This document shows positions 8,924 through 18,533 of a stretch of 64,000 nt of DNA, piece after piece. Under the pieces are notes generated by a model that ran no database searches, was not told the origin of the DNA, and saw only the letters and a list, made by a program, of their open reading frames with translations. Source of the DNA: Maridesulfovibrio ferrireducens (GTDB taxonomy: Bacteria > Desulfobacterota > Desulfovibrionia > Desulfovibrionales > Desulfovibrionaceae); the NCBI RefSeq assembly GCF_016342405.1, contig NZ_JAEINN010000011.1:77954-141953 (forward strand). The letters run 5' to 3'. The stretch's first letter is position 1. Every line of letters starts with the position of its first letter. Both the position numbers and the translations under genes were made by a program.

Positions 8924-10087
8924 TTATTCGAACTGGAAAGAGCGCACTGGGGGTCGGGTTGCGCATATAAAAGCCATGATCAAAACAATGCCGGTGGCTG
9001 GACTGTAGAAGAGGGGGGAAAAGAATCCTGTGATAATGACGGCAGTAATAAGAGAGGCCATGGTGTCCGAAGAGTATTTTATGGAAAGTGTGGTTGCAAT
9101 TGCGGACGCTCCGGCTATTCCTGCAATCCCCCATGCTGTCAGAATGTGAAGCCATATCGGAGTTACGTGGAAGATATAAGTTCCTGAACCAGTCCATGCA
9201 AAATTTTGCTTATGCCATAGTTCCCATATCGAAGCCGGAATGTTCAGCGGTAAAGGCACTGAGAGAGGATGACCTGTCAGAAGTCGGGATGGAGTTTTTT
9301 CAAATAGGTCTAAAATAGAAAACCAGAGCCAATAGGCTGGAAGGTCGTTTGGATTGAAAAAGGTCATTTCATGTGAAGCAAGTGCTAGAAAATTAAAAAG
9401 TACAAGAGTCAGCACGAGAATGGTTTTCTTGATAGCTCCTTTTGGGCCGAAAAATAAAAGAACCAGAACCGCCGCAAAGCCGGCATCCCTGCTCAGAGTG
9501 CACATAATTCCTGTAAATATCAGGAGTCTTGTGGTCTTAAGTTTTGAAGGTTCATGCAGTGTTGAGCATAATCCGGCCAGCAGAATAGGTCCGGTCAGTT
9601 CAGCGTTTCCAAAAAGATTAGGAGGGGCTGTAAGTCCGCTCAGTAAAAAGAGATATAGAAAGTTGCAGATGATAAGAACAGCAAGCCATGATGCCCAGAA
9701 GTAGAAGTGTTCCGGCTTGGGTATAGAAAAATTAGTTATCCAGAGTACAATCACAAGCCCGTATAACAAAGGGCGTATTTCCATGAGAAAGGGCAGTGAG
9801 GGCGCCAGCGGAAACAGCAGTGGCGTAAAGATTTTAGAAAAAGCCCAAAAAAGAAGGACACAGGGAATACCTGCTTTAAGCCAGAGAGGAAAAACAGGGG
9901 CTTGTTTGTTTTTGTAAGGTTCAACCAGAAGTCCAAGTACTGCAAGCCCTGCGACAAGTATTTCTGCAAGGTTTTGAGGCGCAGCGGAACCGTTCATGCC
10001 GTAGGCTGCCAGTAAAATCGGCAGACCTAAGCTGAAAAGGGCGACAGGAAATTCGGAGGCTGAAACGGCTTTGTTATTGGAATTCAT
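8924..10087 (-). CDS. polytopic membrane protein, possibly O-antigen ligase/polymerase (Wzy_C-like) family
   Basis: 387 aa with roughly 10 or more hydrophobic segments. IFTGIMCTLSRDAGFAAVLVLLFFG resembles the conserved Wzy_C loop. The family call is tentative. Confidence 0.5.
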   Translation of the reverse strand: MNSNNKAVSASEFPVALFSLGLPILLAAYGMNGSAAPQNLAEILVAGLAVLGLLVEPYKNKQAPVFPLWLKAGIPCVLLFWAFSKIFTPLLFPLAPSLPFLMEIRPLLYGLVIVLWITNFSIPKPEHFYFWASWLAVLIICNFLYLFLLSGLTAPPNLFGNAELTGPILLAGLCSTLHEPSKLKTTRLLIFTGIMCTLSRDAGFAAVLVLLFFGPKGAIKKTILVLTLVLFNFLALASHEMTFFNPNDLPAYWLWFSILDLFEKTPSRLLTGHPLSVPLPLNIPASIWELWHKQNFAWTGSGTYIFHVTPIWLHILTAWGIAGIAGASAIATTLSIKYSSDTMASLITAVIITGFFSPLFYSPATGIVLIMAFICATRPPVRSFQFE

Positions 10088-10153
10088 TTGTAAAAGGCTG
10101 TTACCTTGATCTTTTTAGTATGAGAAGCCCTAAAAAAAATAAAAAATAAATGG

Positions 10154-11263
10154 TTAAGCAAATCGTGCTGAAATTCTGAGTTTTAATCTGTTGAAATAAT
10201 TGAACGGGAATCGTGGAAGGATGGGAGTCTCTTTTCTTTTTACAAAAAGCAAATCAAGTATATGTGCTACAGGTTCTGTGTCGGAAAGATAATTTGTGCA
10301 TCCTGCGCAATAGGTGACCATGGGGGCGCCTGTTTGCGCGGCTTCAGCTTTTCGTTTGTTATTCCATTCCTGTGCGAAAGGTTTGTTGTGAAATCCTACG
10401 CCTCCCCCTTCACCGCAGCAGATTGTTTTATCTCTGCTGTGATCCATTTCGATCAGGGTGACCCCGTTTTGAGTTAAGAGTTTTCTGACGCTTTCCTGTA
10501 AACCTGATTCAAAGCGGGTGACGCATGGATCATGTACCGTTGCTTTTTGAAGCCAGGGTTTATTGAGGGAAATGTTTGAATCAAGTAATTCTTCGTAAAT
10601 AGATACAATCTTAAATGAAGGGGAAAATCCTTTGAAAGTTATGTGGCAGTTAGGGCATGCTGTCAGGATTTTAGTGATTCCTTGAGATTCAATAAATTTA
10701 GATAACTCTGAAATAGTCTCGGCATGAAAATCGGAAAGTCCTAGCATTTTTGAAGGCTTAGAGCAGCAGTTAAGAATTAATCCCAAAGAAGGATCACGTT
10801 GTTTTAAGGCTGAGTATGCCGCGCGGGTTGCCTCGGGAAACAGAGCAGGCAATGTGCATCCCGGAAAGAAAGCGGTTTTGCATCCATCGGGTAGGAGGTT
10901 GTCTTTGAACGGGAATTTGCCCCCTATTCGTTCGTAGCTTAGAAGAGGCGAATAAGAGTCAAGACCGAGTAAAGAGTTTTCCTGAGCGTGATTACGGAGC
11001 ATCTCAAACATTTTGGATGGCTGAGCATCTACCGGGCAGACTGAGTCACACAGCGAGCAGGCAGAGCAGTTGTATGAGTTTATCGCCGCTTCGTCATAAT
11101 TCAGTGCGGACGCAAGACATTCTTCTGCTATTTTGTCAGGTGATCCGTATTCCTGCAAAAAAAGACACTCGGAAACACATTCTCCGCAACCGATGCAATT
11201 CTCAGATGTAATTTTTATATTAGACAACCTGACAGCCCCAGATTTTAACACGTTTGTTGACAT
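10154..11263 (-). CDS. (Fe-S)-binding protein with 2x[4Fe-4S] ferredoxin motifs and two CCG domains (HdrD/GlcF/GlpC-like)
   Basis: Motifs CIGCGECVSEC, CSACSLCDSVCP, CCSKPSK and CCGEGGG. The ATG at 11263 overlaps the upstream gene by 44 nt, so the start is uncertain (an in-frame TTG lies at 11227). Confidence 0.75.
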   Translation of the reverse strand: MSTNVLKSGAVRLSNIKITSENCIGCGECVSECLFLQEYGSPDKIAEECLASALNYDEAAINSYNCSACSLCDSVCPVDAQPSKMFEMLRNHAQENSLLGLDSYSPLLSYERIGGKFPFKDNLLPDGCKTAFFPGCTLPALFPEATRAAYSALKQRDPSLGLILNCCSKPSKMLGLSDFHAETISELSKFIESQGITKILTACPNCHITFKGFSPSFKIVSIYEELLDSNISLNKPWLQKATVHDPCVTRFESGLQESVRKLLTQNGVTLIEMDHSRDKTICCGEGGGVGFHNKPFAQEWNNKRKAEAAQTGAPMVTYCAGCTNYLSDTEPVAHILDLLFVKRKETPILPRFPFNYFNRLKLRISARFA

Positions 11264-11789
11264 ATTCGGTGCATTTCCCTTTGAGGTGAACTTTTACTCC
11301 GGGTTTCATGTTGCTGACAATTGCAGTTTGATCTTCTGTAAAATGGCAGATTACTTCAGCGGTATAATTGGATATTCCTTTTAGCCCGATATGTAAATCT
11401 CCAAAGTTTTTAGCGGAAACATCAACGACTTCGCCGGTAATTTCAATGACTTCATTTAAATACTTACCACTTGCAACCGTATTGTTTTCGACAAAGTCGA
11501 TATAGAGCTTATATGAGCCTACGCGAAGTTTTGGCTGGCTAGTTATGACTTCATTTGCTATCCGTGCATGCCATGAGCTGAGGGTTTCTTTTTGATGAGG
11601 GTTTGTTGGTTGTTGGGCAGTCGGGCCAAGCTTTTGTGTTTTTTGAAGATCGACTCGGTTTACGAGCTGTCCTGTCGAGTCAAAAACGTCCGCTGTCGGC
11701 TTCCCGTCATTCGATATATATATTTTTGATCTGACACGGCCCATCGGGTCTACCAGATGGAATTCTTCTGCTTTAACTATGTTGCTCAT
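11220..11789 (-). CDS. hypothetical protein with C-terminal OB-fold (tRNA_anti-like) domain
   Basis: The C-terminal pattern ASGKYLNEVIEITGEVVDV...ICHF...KPGVKVHLKGKC...IWGCQVV resembles PF12869-type OB folds. The start was set to the second ATG (11789), which has GGGAGA 7 nt upstream. Confidence 0.5.
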   Translation of the reverse strand: MSNIVKAEEFHLVDPMGRVRSKIYISNDGKPTADVFDSTGQLVNRVDLQKTQKLGPTAQQPTNPHQKETLSSWHARIANEVITSQPKLRVGSYKLYIDFVENNTVASGKYLNEVIEITGEVVDVSAKNFGDLHIGLKGISNYTAEVICHFTEDQTAIVSNMKPGVKVHLKGKCTEYVNKRVKIWGCQVV

Positions 11790-12075
11790 TCGCATTTCTC
11801 CCTGTATCGCTCGTTAGCGTGTCGGATGACATGGTATTTAATTTACTAAGTCCTTGCTGAAAAAGGCAAGAAATAATGTAAAATTTTGTATTTTGGGCTG
11901 CTGATAACAGTTTTTTGTTTTTAAAAAAATTGATAGTGGTCTTCGAGCTTGACTTGGAGAAGCAAAAACCTTAACACTCAACCCCTTTCTTTACGCAATC
12001 TTTATTGGTCACTGAAGAGGTGGATTTTTAGTGATTATTGTGCGTAAAAATGCTCAAGCCGGCGGAGTAAGATAA

Positions 12076-13578
12076 TTGTTCGATAGCCTATCAGATAGAC
12101 TTTCCGAAGCCTTCAAAAATTTCAAAGGGCAGGGCCGACTGGATGAAAAAAACATCCAGGCCGGAATGCGTGAGGTTAGGCTCGCTCTTTTAGAAGCGGA
12201 CGTTAACTTCAAAGTCGTCAAAGAATTTGTTGAGAAGGTAAAGGAACGGGCCTTAGGACAGGAAGTCCAGAAAAGCCTCTCTGCCGGACAGCAGGTCATC
12301 AAGATCGTCAATGACGAACTGACCGAGTTGCTTGGTGGAGAACAGGAAGGACTGATTCTTAAAGGTAAACCTGCCAAAATTATGATGGTCGGGTTGCAGG
12401 GTGCTGGTAAAACGACTTCTGCAGCAAAGATAGCCTTGTATCTTAGACGCAAGAAGTATAAGCCCTATCTCGTTCCAGCTGACGTATACCGCCCTGCTGC
12501 TATTGAACAGCTTACTGTACTGGCTAAGCAGCTGGATCTTCCCGTATACCCTTCAACTACTGACATGAATCCGGTGGATATCTGCCGCGATGCTATTGTC
12601 AAAGCGGAAGAGGCGGGATGTGACGTACTGCTTCTCGATACAGCCGGACGGCTGCATATCGATGAAGTGCTCATGGATGAACTTGCTGCCATTAAGGAAG
12701 CATGTTCGCCTGACGAAATACTTTTCGTAGCAGACGCAATGACAGGACAGGACGCTGTCAATGTTGCTGCAACGTTTGATGAAAAGCTTGATGTTACCGG
12801 TGTGGTACTGACTAAAATGGATGGAGACGCCCGAGGCGGTGCAGCTCTTTCTATCAAGTCTGTTACCGGCAAGTGCGTCAAGTTTGTCGGCGTGGGTGAG
12901 AAGCTTTCCGAGCTTGAACTCTTCTATCCAGACAGGGCTGCCTCTAGAATTCTCGGAATGGGGGACGTCCTTTCCCTGATCGAGAAAGCTCAGTCCGTTA
13001 TGGAAGAAGGGGAAGCTGAGAAGCTTACTGAAAAATTCCGCAAGGCAAAATTTGACCTTGAGGATTTTCGTACCCAGATGCGTAGAATGAAGAAGATCGG
13101 TTCTATGGGCAGCATTATGAAGCTCATTCCGGGACTTGGCGGATTGACCAAACAGCTTGGCGATCTTGATATGCCGGACAAGGAACTGAACAGGATAGAA
13201 GCAATCATCTCCTCCATGACTCCGGAGGAACGCAAAACTCCTAAGCTTATCAACCCTAGCCGCAGGCAGAGAATTGCTAAAGGTTCGGGTGTTGAGGTTT
13301 TGGAAGTTAATCAGATGCTCAAGAATTTTGATCAGATGAGCAAGATGATGAAAAAAATGATGGGCGGAAAAGGCGGAAAAGGCGGAATGCCTCAGATGCC
13401 GAATATGCCCGGAATGCCCGGATTAGGCGGTGGCGGTATGCCGGGATTACCCGGTATGGAAGGGATGGAAGGCATGGAAGGAGCTGGTCAGCCTTCAAAA
13501 GAGAAAAGCAAGAAAACCCTGCTCGCCCGGAAAAAGAAAAAGCTCAAGAAGCAAAGTCGCAAGAAGAACAAAAAATAA
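12076..13578 (+). CDS. ffh: signal recognition particle protein Ffh
   Basis: TTG start giving MFDSLSDRLSEAFK. GTPase motifs GLQGAGKTT, DTAGR and TKMDGDARGG are present, followed by a Met/Gly-rich M domain and a Lys-rich tail. Confidence 0.95.
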   Translation: MFDSLSDRLSEAFKNFKGQGRLDEKNIQAGMREVRLALLEADVNFKVVKEFVEKVKERALGQEVQKSLSAGQQVIKIVNDELTELLGGEQEGLILKGKPAKIMMVGLQGAGKTTSAAKIALYLRRKKYKPYLVPADVYRPAAIEQLTVLAKQLDLPVYPSTTDMNPVDICRDAIVKAEEAGCDVLLLDTAGRLHIDEVLMDELAAIKEACSPDEILFVADAMTGQDAVNVAATFDEKLDVTGVVLTKMDGDARGGAALSIKSVTGKCVKFVGVGEKLSELELFYPDRAASRILGMGDVLSLIEKAQSVMEEGEAEKLTEKFRKAKFDLEDFRTQMRRMKKIGSMGSIMKLIPGLGGLTKQLGDLDMPDKELNRIEAIISSMTPEERKTPKLINPSRRQRIAKGSGVEVLEVNQMLKNFDQMSKMMKKMMGGKGGKGGMPQMPNMPGMPGLGGGGMPGLPGMEGMEGMEGAGQPSKEKSKKTLLARKKKKLKKQSRKKNKK

Positions 13579-13647
13579 TCTTTTTTGGCCTTACTTGCAT
13601 TTTATTAATGAATCTCTTAAATTAAGTTTATATGGGGGAAGTACACA

Positions 13648-13884
13648 ATGGCTTTAAAACTAAGATTGACACGTATGGGGTCCAAAAAACGCCCTTTTTA
13701 TCGTATTGTAGCAATTAACAGCAGCACAAGACGCGATGGTCGTCCTTTAGAATTCATAGGTTACTATAATCCTATGGTTGAACCTGTTGAACTTAAGATC
13801 AACATGGAAAAAGTTCAGGCTTGGATGGATAAAGGCGCAAAACCAAGCGATACTGTTAAAGCACTTCTTAAGAAAAATTCTTAA
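13648..13884 (+). CDS. rpsP: 30S ribosomal protein S16
   Basis: [22 protein letters not shown] is a typical S16 N-terminus. SD GGGGGAAG lies upstream. Confidence 0.95.
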   Translation: MALKLRLTRMGSKKRPFYRIVAINSSTRRDGRPLEFIGYYNPMVEPVELKINMEKVQAWMDKGAKPSDTVKALLKKNS

Positions 13885-13959
13885 AGTTAGTTCTCACAAC
13901 GGTTCGATTCTTTCTTCACTCAAGGTTTACTCTCGACATCTGAAGCGGAGGTTGTTGGC

Positions 13960-14193
13960 ATGTTGAAGGATTTAGTAGAATTCATTGCGAAATCTCTTGT
14001 TGATAATCCCGATGATGTAGTCGTCACCGAGATTGAAGGAGAGCAGACATCTGTAATCGAACTCAAGGTCGCGAAAGAAGACTTGGGTAAAGTTATCGGC
14101 AAGCAGGGCCGCACCGCAAGAGCGATGAGAACTTTGCTTGGTGCTGCATCAACCAAGGTGAGAAAACGTTCTGTTCTAGAAATTCTAGAGTAG
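13960..14193 (+). CDS. KH domain RNA-binding protein (YlqC/UPF0109)
   Basis: 77 aa with the [18 protein letters not shown] GxxG loop. Conserved position between rpsP and rimM. Confidence 0.85.
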   Translation: MLKDLVEFIAKSLVDNPDDVVVTEIEGEQTSVIELKVAKEDLGKVIGKQGRTARAMRTLLGAASTKVRKRSVLEILE

Positions 14194-14228
14194 ACGGCTT
14201 CAACCCGGACCATAACCAGTAGGCTGCT

Positions 14229-14762
14229 ATGGACTTGCTACTAGTTGCCGAAGTGGTCAAATCACACGGTCTTAGGGGGGAAGTTTGCATCGATTCCCAT
14301 GCGGACTCCCCTTTTTCCTTCGATGAGGTGTCTACCCTTTATTTACAAAGTAAAGGACAGAAACCCCGTCGATTTGTTGTGCAATCCTTTCGGAGGCACA
14401 AAGGCCGCGCTTTAGTAATCTTTAAAGGCATCAATGACCGGGATAAGGCTGATACCTTACGCGGCATGGATGTCTTGGTGCAGAAGGAAGATCTCCCTGA
14501 ACTCAGGGATGATGAAGTCTACATGTACCAGTTGAAGAATGCTGCCGTCGAACTTAAAGACGGAACAGCGGTTGGGACCATTTCGGATTTTCTTTTTGCG
14601 CCGGGTCAAGAGACTTGGGTGATCTCGTCTTCAGAAGGAAAAGAAATTCTTTTTCCTGCTGTTGCTGAGTTTGTATTGTCTGTGGATGTAGATGCGGGAA
14701 AGGTTGTGATCGATCCGCCTGAAGGGCTGCTTGATCTGTATCTGAACGCGCCTGCTAAATAA
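14229..14762 (+). CDS. rimM: 16S rRNA processing protein RimM
   Basis: 177 aa with an HGLRGEV motif. Position fits the rpsP-rimM-trmD-rplS cluster. Confidence 0.85.
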   Translation: MDLLLVAEVVKSHGLRGEVCIDSHADSPFSFDEVSTLYLQSKGQKPRRFVVQSFRRHKGRALVIFKGINDRDKADTLRGMDVLVQKEDLPELRDDEVYMYQLKNAAVELKDGTAVGTISDFLFAPGQETWVISSSEGKEILFPAVAEFVLSVDVDAGKVVIDPPEGLLDLYLNAPAK

Positions 14763-14805
14763 TGGGACGACCCTATGTCTTTTAAAAAAGCCGGTTAATT
14801 AGTCT

Positions 14806-16116
14806 GTGAATTTCAATTTGATTACGCTTTTTCCGGAATTTTTCGATTCCCCGCTTTCGCATGGTCTTATGAGTAAGGCTGTCGAAAAAGGAATCGTTTC
14901 ATTCAATACTGTCAATCCCCGCGATTATGCTGTTGATAAGCATAAGAGCGTGGATGATCGTCCTTACGGGGGCGGGCCGGGTATGGTAATGTTTCTTGAT
15001 CCGATAGCCCGCAGTCTGGATTCTGTGGGTATCAAGCCTGTCGTTCAGGGAGGCTGTGGTAAAGGTAAAAGGTTGCTGATGCTGTCGCCGAAAGGACGTC
15101 CGCTTACTCAGAAACTTGCTACTGAACTTGCCGGAGAAGAGGAACTGACTCTTGTCTGTGGACGGTATGAAGGAATTGATGCTCGTTTTGAAGAGATATT
15201 TCCTGTTGAGACTGTCTCTGTCGGAGATTTTGTTCTTAACGGAGGCGAAGCCGGAGCATTGTGTCTTATTGAAGCTGTTGCCCGATTGCTGCCGGATTTC
15301 ATGGGCCATTCTGAATCAGGGACCGAGGAAAGTTTTTCTTCGGGACTTTTGGAGTATCCGCACTACACCCGTCCCGCTGAATATGAAGGACTGAAAGTGC
15401 CGGAGATTCTCTCTTCTGGGAATCATGCTCTGATTGAAGAATGGAGGAAAAAAAGGTCTCTTGATGAGACTTTGGATTCCCGCCCGGAATTACTTTCCGA
15501 AGCTGACGGCTTAAAAAGGGAAGATGTTCATTATTTACGGTCAATACCCCGTAAACGTTTAGGAAAACATCTTTCAATGGCTTTAGTACACTATCCAGTG
15601 CTAAATAAATTTGGTGAAAAAGCAGCTGTTTCTTTGACAAACCTCGATATTCACGATATGTCCCGCGTTTCCCGCTCTTACTCATTGGCAGGGATGTATG
15701 CGGTGACTCCTATCGAGGACCAGAAGAAGTTGGCTGACAGAATAATTTCTCATTGGACCTCGGGACCGGGTAGCAAAACTAACCCGGACAGAGCCGCCGC
15801 TCTGGCAAAGGTCAGTGTGATGGACTCCCTGATCGATGTGGTGGAGCATATTGAGTCGGGAACGGGTAAAAAACCGATACTGGTGACAACCAGTGCTCGG
15901 GGCGCGGGTAATGTGACTCCCCGTCAGGTCCGTGAAATGCTTTATGACAATCCTGTGTTACTGGTCTTCGGAACAGGGCATGGGTTGGCTCCCGAAATTC
16001 TTGAAATGGCAACGGGCTGTCTTAGACCGCTTCGTTTCATGGATGGATACAATCACTTATCAGTAAGAAGTGCGGTAGCGATAACGGTTGACAGGCTTTT
16101 GGGAGACGCTTGGTAG
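14806..16116 (+). CDS. trmD: tRNA (guanine37-N1)-methyltransferase TrmD fused to a C-terminal second SPOUT-like (Methyltrn_RNA_4-like) domain
   Basis: GTG start. Residues 1 to about 245 are TrmD-like (NLITLFPEFF, DDRPYGGGPGMV, CGRYEGIDARF, SSGNHALIEEWR). The additional 190 or so aa (ALVHYPVLNKFGE...TNLDIHD...LLVFGTGHGL...YNHLSVRSAVAI) resemble a predicted SAM-dependent RNA methyltransferase domain. Confidence 0.85.
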   Translation: MNFNLITLFPEFFDSPLSHGLMSKAVEKGIVSFNTVNPRDYAVDKHKSVDDRPYGGGPGMVMFLDPIARSLDSVGIKPVVQGGCGKGKRLLMLSPKGRPLTQKLATELAGEEELTLVCGRYEGIDARFEEIFPVETVSVGDFVLNGGEAGALCLIEAVARLLPDFMGHSESGTEESFSSGLLEYPHYTRPAEYEGLKVPEILSSGNHALIEEWRKKRSLDETLDSRPELLSEADGLKREDVHYLRSIPRKRLGKHLSMALVHYPVLNKFGEKAAVSLTNLDIHDMSRVSRSYSLAGMYAVTPIEDQKKLADRIISHWTSGPGSKTNPDRAAALAKVSVMDSLIDVVEHIESGTGKKPILVTTSARGAGNVTPRQVREMLYDNPVLLVFGTGHGLAPEILEMATGCLRPLRFMDGYNHLSVRSAVAITVDRLLGDAW

Positions 16117-16164
16117 ATTTCGTTTTTTGATACCGCAAATTGAATTTATATAAGGAGTAGCAAC

Positions 16165-16512
16165 ATGAATGTAATTACAAAGATCGAACGCGAACACATG
16201 CGTCTTGATATGCCTGCATTTAAAGCAGGGGACACCGTAAAAGTACATCTTCGTATTATCGAAGGTGAGAAAGAGCGTATCCAGGTTTTCCAGGGTGCTG
16301 TTCTTCGTTTCCGTAACGGTACAACCGATTCAACTTTCACAGTACGTAAGATCTCCGACGGTATCGGCGTAGAACGCGTATTTGCAGTACACTCTCCATA
16401 CATCGAACGTATTGAAGTTGTTACTGAGGGTAAAGTTCGTCGTAGCCGCATTTACTATCTTCGTGACCTTAAAGGTAAAGCAGCACGTATCAAATCAAAG
16501 AACGCTTGGTAG
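16165..16512 (+). CDS. rplS: 50S ribosomal protein L19
   Basis: 115 aa with [26 protein letters not shown], typical of L19. Confidence 0.95.
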   Translation: MNVITKIEREHMRLDMPAFKAGDTVKVHLRIIEGEKERIQVFQGAVLRFRNGTTDSTFTVRKISDGIGVERVFAVHSPYIERIEVVTEGKVRRSRIYYLRDLKGKAARIKSKNAW

Positions 16513-16585
16513 CACCCGAAGATTTAAATCTTCGCGGTTCACTCATCCGGGCAGTCTGTCCGGCGGAGTAAGCAACTACGAGTTG

Positions 16586-16633
16586 AAAACCGTCTCTCCC
16601 GGATCGCAAGGTTCAGGAGCAGACGGTTTTTTT
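16586..16633 (+). terminator. rho-independent terminator after rplS
   Basis: AAAACCGTCT...AGACGGTTTTTTT with an inner CTCC/GGAG pairing. Confidence 0.7.
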
Positions 16634-16659
16634 GTTGGATTTACGACGGAGCAATCAGG

Positions 16660-17328
16660 ATGTCGCAAGGATTATTGCACGGAATATTGCCGGGACTGGC
16701 TGATGAAGCCGGACTTATCGCAGGAATTGATGAGGCGGGCAGAGGATGTCTGGCTGGTCCAGTTGTGGCGGGCGCTGTTATTCTTCCCGCTGAGTATGAT
16801 CTACCGGGGCTTACTGATTCTAAAAAACTCAGTGAAGCCGCGCGCGATGTGCTTGCTGATCAAATCCGTGAACAGGCGGTATGCTGGTCTTTGGGAGTTT
16901 GTCGGGCACAGGTGGTCGATCAGATAAATATTCTTCAAGCGACATTCAGAGCTATGGCCCGTTCGGTGATTCATCTTAAAGTTCGTCCTTCAATTTTGCT
17001 TATTGATGGAAATAAGACTATTCCGGTAAGTCACTTTAATGGAGCGGCAGGGTATCAGCAGGAATGGATAATCAAAGGTGATGAAAAAATACCCGAAATT
17101 TCAGCCGCATCAATTCTTGCTAAAACTTTCAGAGATTCTCTGATGGTTAAGCTGGAAAAAAGATATCCGGGATACGGCTTTGCTATTCATAAAGGGTACG
17201 GAACCAAATTTCATATGGATGCAGTTCGGGAAAATGGTCCCTGCCTGATCCATAGACTTACTTTTAAAGGCGTGCTTCCTGAAAAGAAGAAGTCAGGGCA
17301 GGAGAGTTTATGTCTCCCCGGCATTTAG
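16660..17328 (+). CDS. rnhB: ribonuclease HII
   Basis: [15 protein letters not shown] motif, 222 aa. Confidence 0.9.
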   Translation: MSQGLLHGILPGLADEAGLIAGIDEAGRGCLAGPVVAGAVILPAEYDLPGLTDSKKLSEAARDVLADQIREQAVCWSLGVCRAQVVDQINILQATFRAMARSVIHLKVRPSILLIDGNKTIPVSHFNGAAGYQQEWIIKGDEKIPEISAASILAKTFRDSLMVKLEKRYPGYGFAIHKGYGTKFHMDAVRENGPCLIHRLTFKGVLPEKKKSGQESLCLPGI

Positions 17329-17732
17329 ATTTCGGCGAGGCCGGAGAAAAATTTGCTGCCCGCTATCTTGAGTGCAGAGGGTTTTCTCTCCGCCACCGGA
17401 ACTGGCGTTGGCATCAATGGGAACTGGATATCGTTTGCGATGGTCCGGCTGATTCTGACGGTGTACGTGATCTTGTTTTTGTAGAAGTGAAGACCAGAGC
17501 CGGAAATTCCGTGCAAAAAGGATTGCAGGCGGTGACTCCTGCAAAATGCCGTAAATTAGTAAAAGCTGCTTCACATTATTTGTCGGCAATGGACCTATGG
17601 CATAGACCGTGCCGTTTTGATCTCGTTATTGTAAATGATGCCGGAAACGGCATGAACGCGGAGCACATAAAAAATGCCTTCGAAATCTCCGACTTTATGG
17701 GTAGTGGCAACACCGCTTGGCAACCTTGGTGA
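17310..17732 (+). CDS. yraN: YraN family (UPF0102) endonuclease-like protein
   Basis: [19 protein letters not shown]...ELDIV...LVFVEVKTR pattern. Overlaps rnhB by 19 nt and rsmI by up to 59 nt. Confidence 0.8.
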   Translation: MSPRHLDFGEAGEKFAARYLECRGFSLRHRNWRWHQWELDIVCDGPADSDGVRDLVFVEVKTRAGNSVQKGLQAVTPAKCRKLVKAASHYLSAMDLWHRPCRFDLVIVNDAGNGMNAEHIKNAFEISDFMGSGNTAWQPW

Positions 17733-18516
17733 TATTTCAGATCGTGCAAGAAAGATTCTGGCTTCGGCAGATGTTATTCTGGCCGAGGATACACGCAGAA
17801 CCGGAAAACTGCTGACTAATCTTGATATCAAGGGCAAAGGTTTTATCAGTCTTCACGATCATAACGAAGAAAAACGCATAGCAAAGGTTCTCGAGTTTTT
17901 TGATGAAGGCGGCAATGCTGCTCTCGTTTCTGATGCCGGAACACCTCTTATGAGTGATCCCGGTTATCGTCTTGTCAAAGCTTGCCGTGAACATGGCGTA
18001 AAGATCGTTCCTGTACCTGGGCCTTGTGCCCCTGTTACGGCTTTGAGTGCTTGTGGACTTCCTCCGTACCCGTTTGTTTTTCTGGGCTTTATGCCTCGCA
18101 AGGACGGGCAGATGACTAAGCTTTTTGAAGTTCACGGAGCAACGGGTGCAACGATAGTCTTTTTTGAACGGAAATCGAGACTGCGTGAAACTCTGGCTGT
18201 GGCATACAGAGTGCTTGGAGACAGAGACTTTGTGATTTGCCGTGAGCTGACTAAAGATTATGAAGAATTTATTTCAGGAACCTTGTCCGGTCATGAAGAT
18301 GTTTCAGCTGAACTTAAGGGTGAGATAACGGTCGTCGTGGGGCCTCCGGTTATAAGCGGTCCGGCCAGCGAAGATGAAATTTATCGTCTCATAGATCAAG
18401 AAATGTTGTCAGGTGAAAAACCGAAAGTTGTAGCCCGAAGAGTGGCAGATCGAGTTCAGGGGTGGACAGCCAAAGCTGTCTATGAAAAAGTGACTGAAAG
18501 AAAAACAAATAGTTAG
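17674..18516 (+). CDS. rsmI: 16S rRNA (cytidine1402-2'-O)-methyltransferase RsmI
   Basis: [40 protein letters not shown]. The start is uncertain: the ATG at 17674 overlaps yraN, and an alternative GTG lies at 17704. Confidence 0.85.
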   Translation: MPSKSPTLWVVATPLGNLGDISDRARKILASADVILAEDTRRTGKLLTNLDIKGKGFISLHDHNEEKRIAKVLEFFDEGGNAALVSDAGTPLMSDPGYRLVKACREHGVKIVPVPGPCAPVTALSACGLPPYPFVFLGFMPRKDGQMTKLFEVHGATGATIVFFERKSRLRETLAVAYRVLGDRDFVICRELTKDYEEFISGTLSGHEDVSAELKGEITVVVGPPVISGPASEDEIYRLIDQEMLSGEKPKVVARRVADRVQGWTAKAVYEKVTERKTNS

Positions 18517-18533
18517 GTCGTTAGAGTTGTACG

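Noticed and set aside
8853-9197. ORFs 8853..9197 (minus) and 8915..9187 (plus) overlapping the 3' part of the membrane-protein gene.
   Set aside because: These are alternative frames of the 387-aa polytopic protein ORF, with no independent support.
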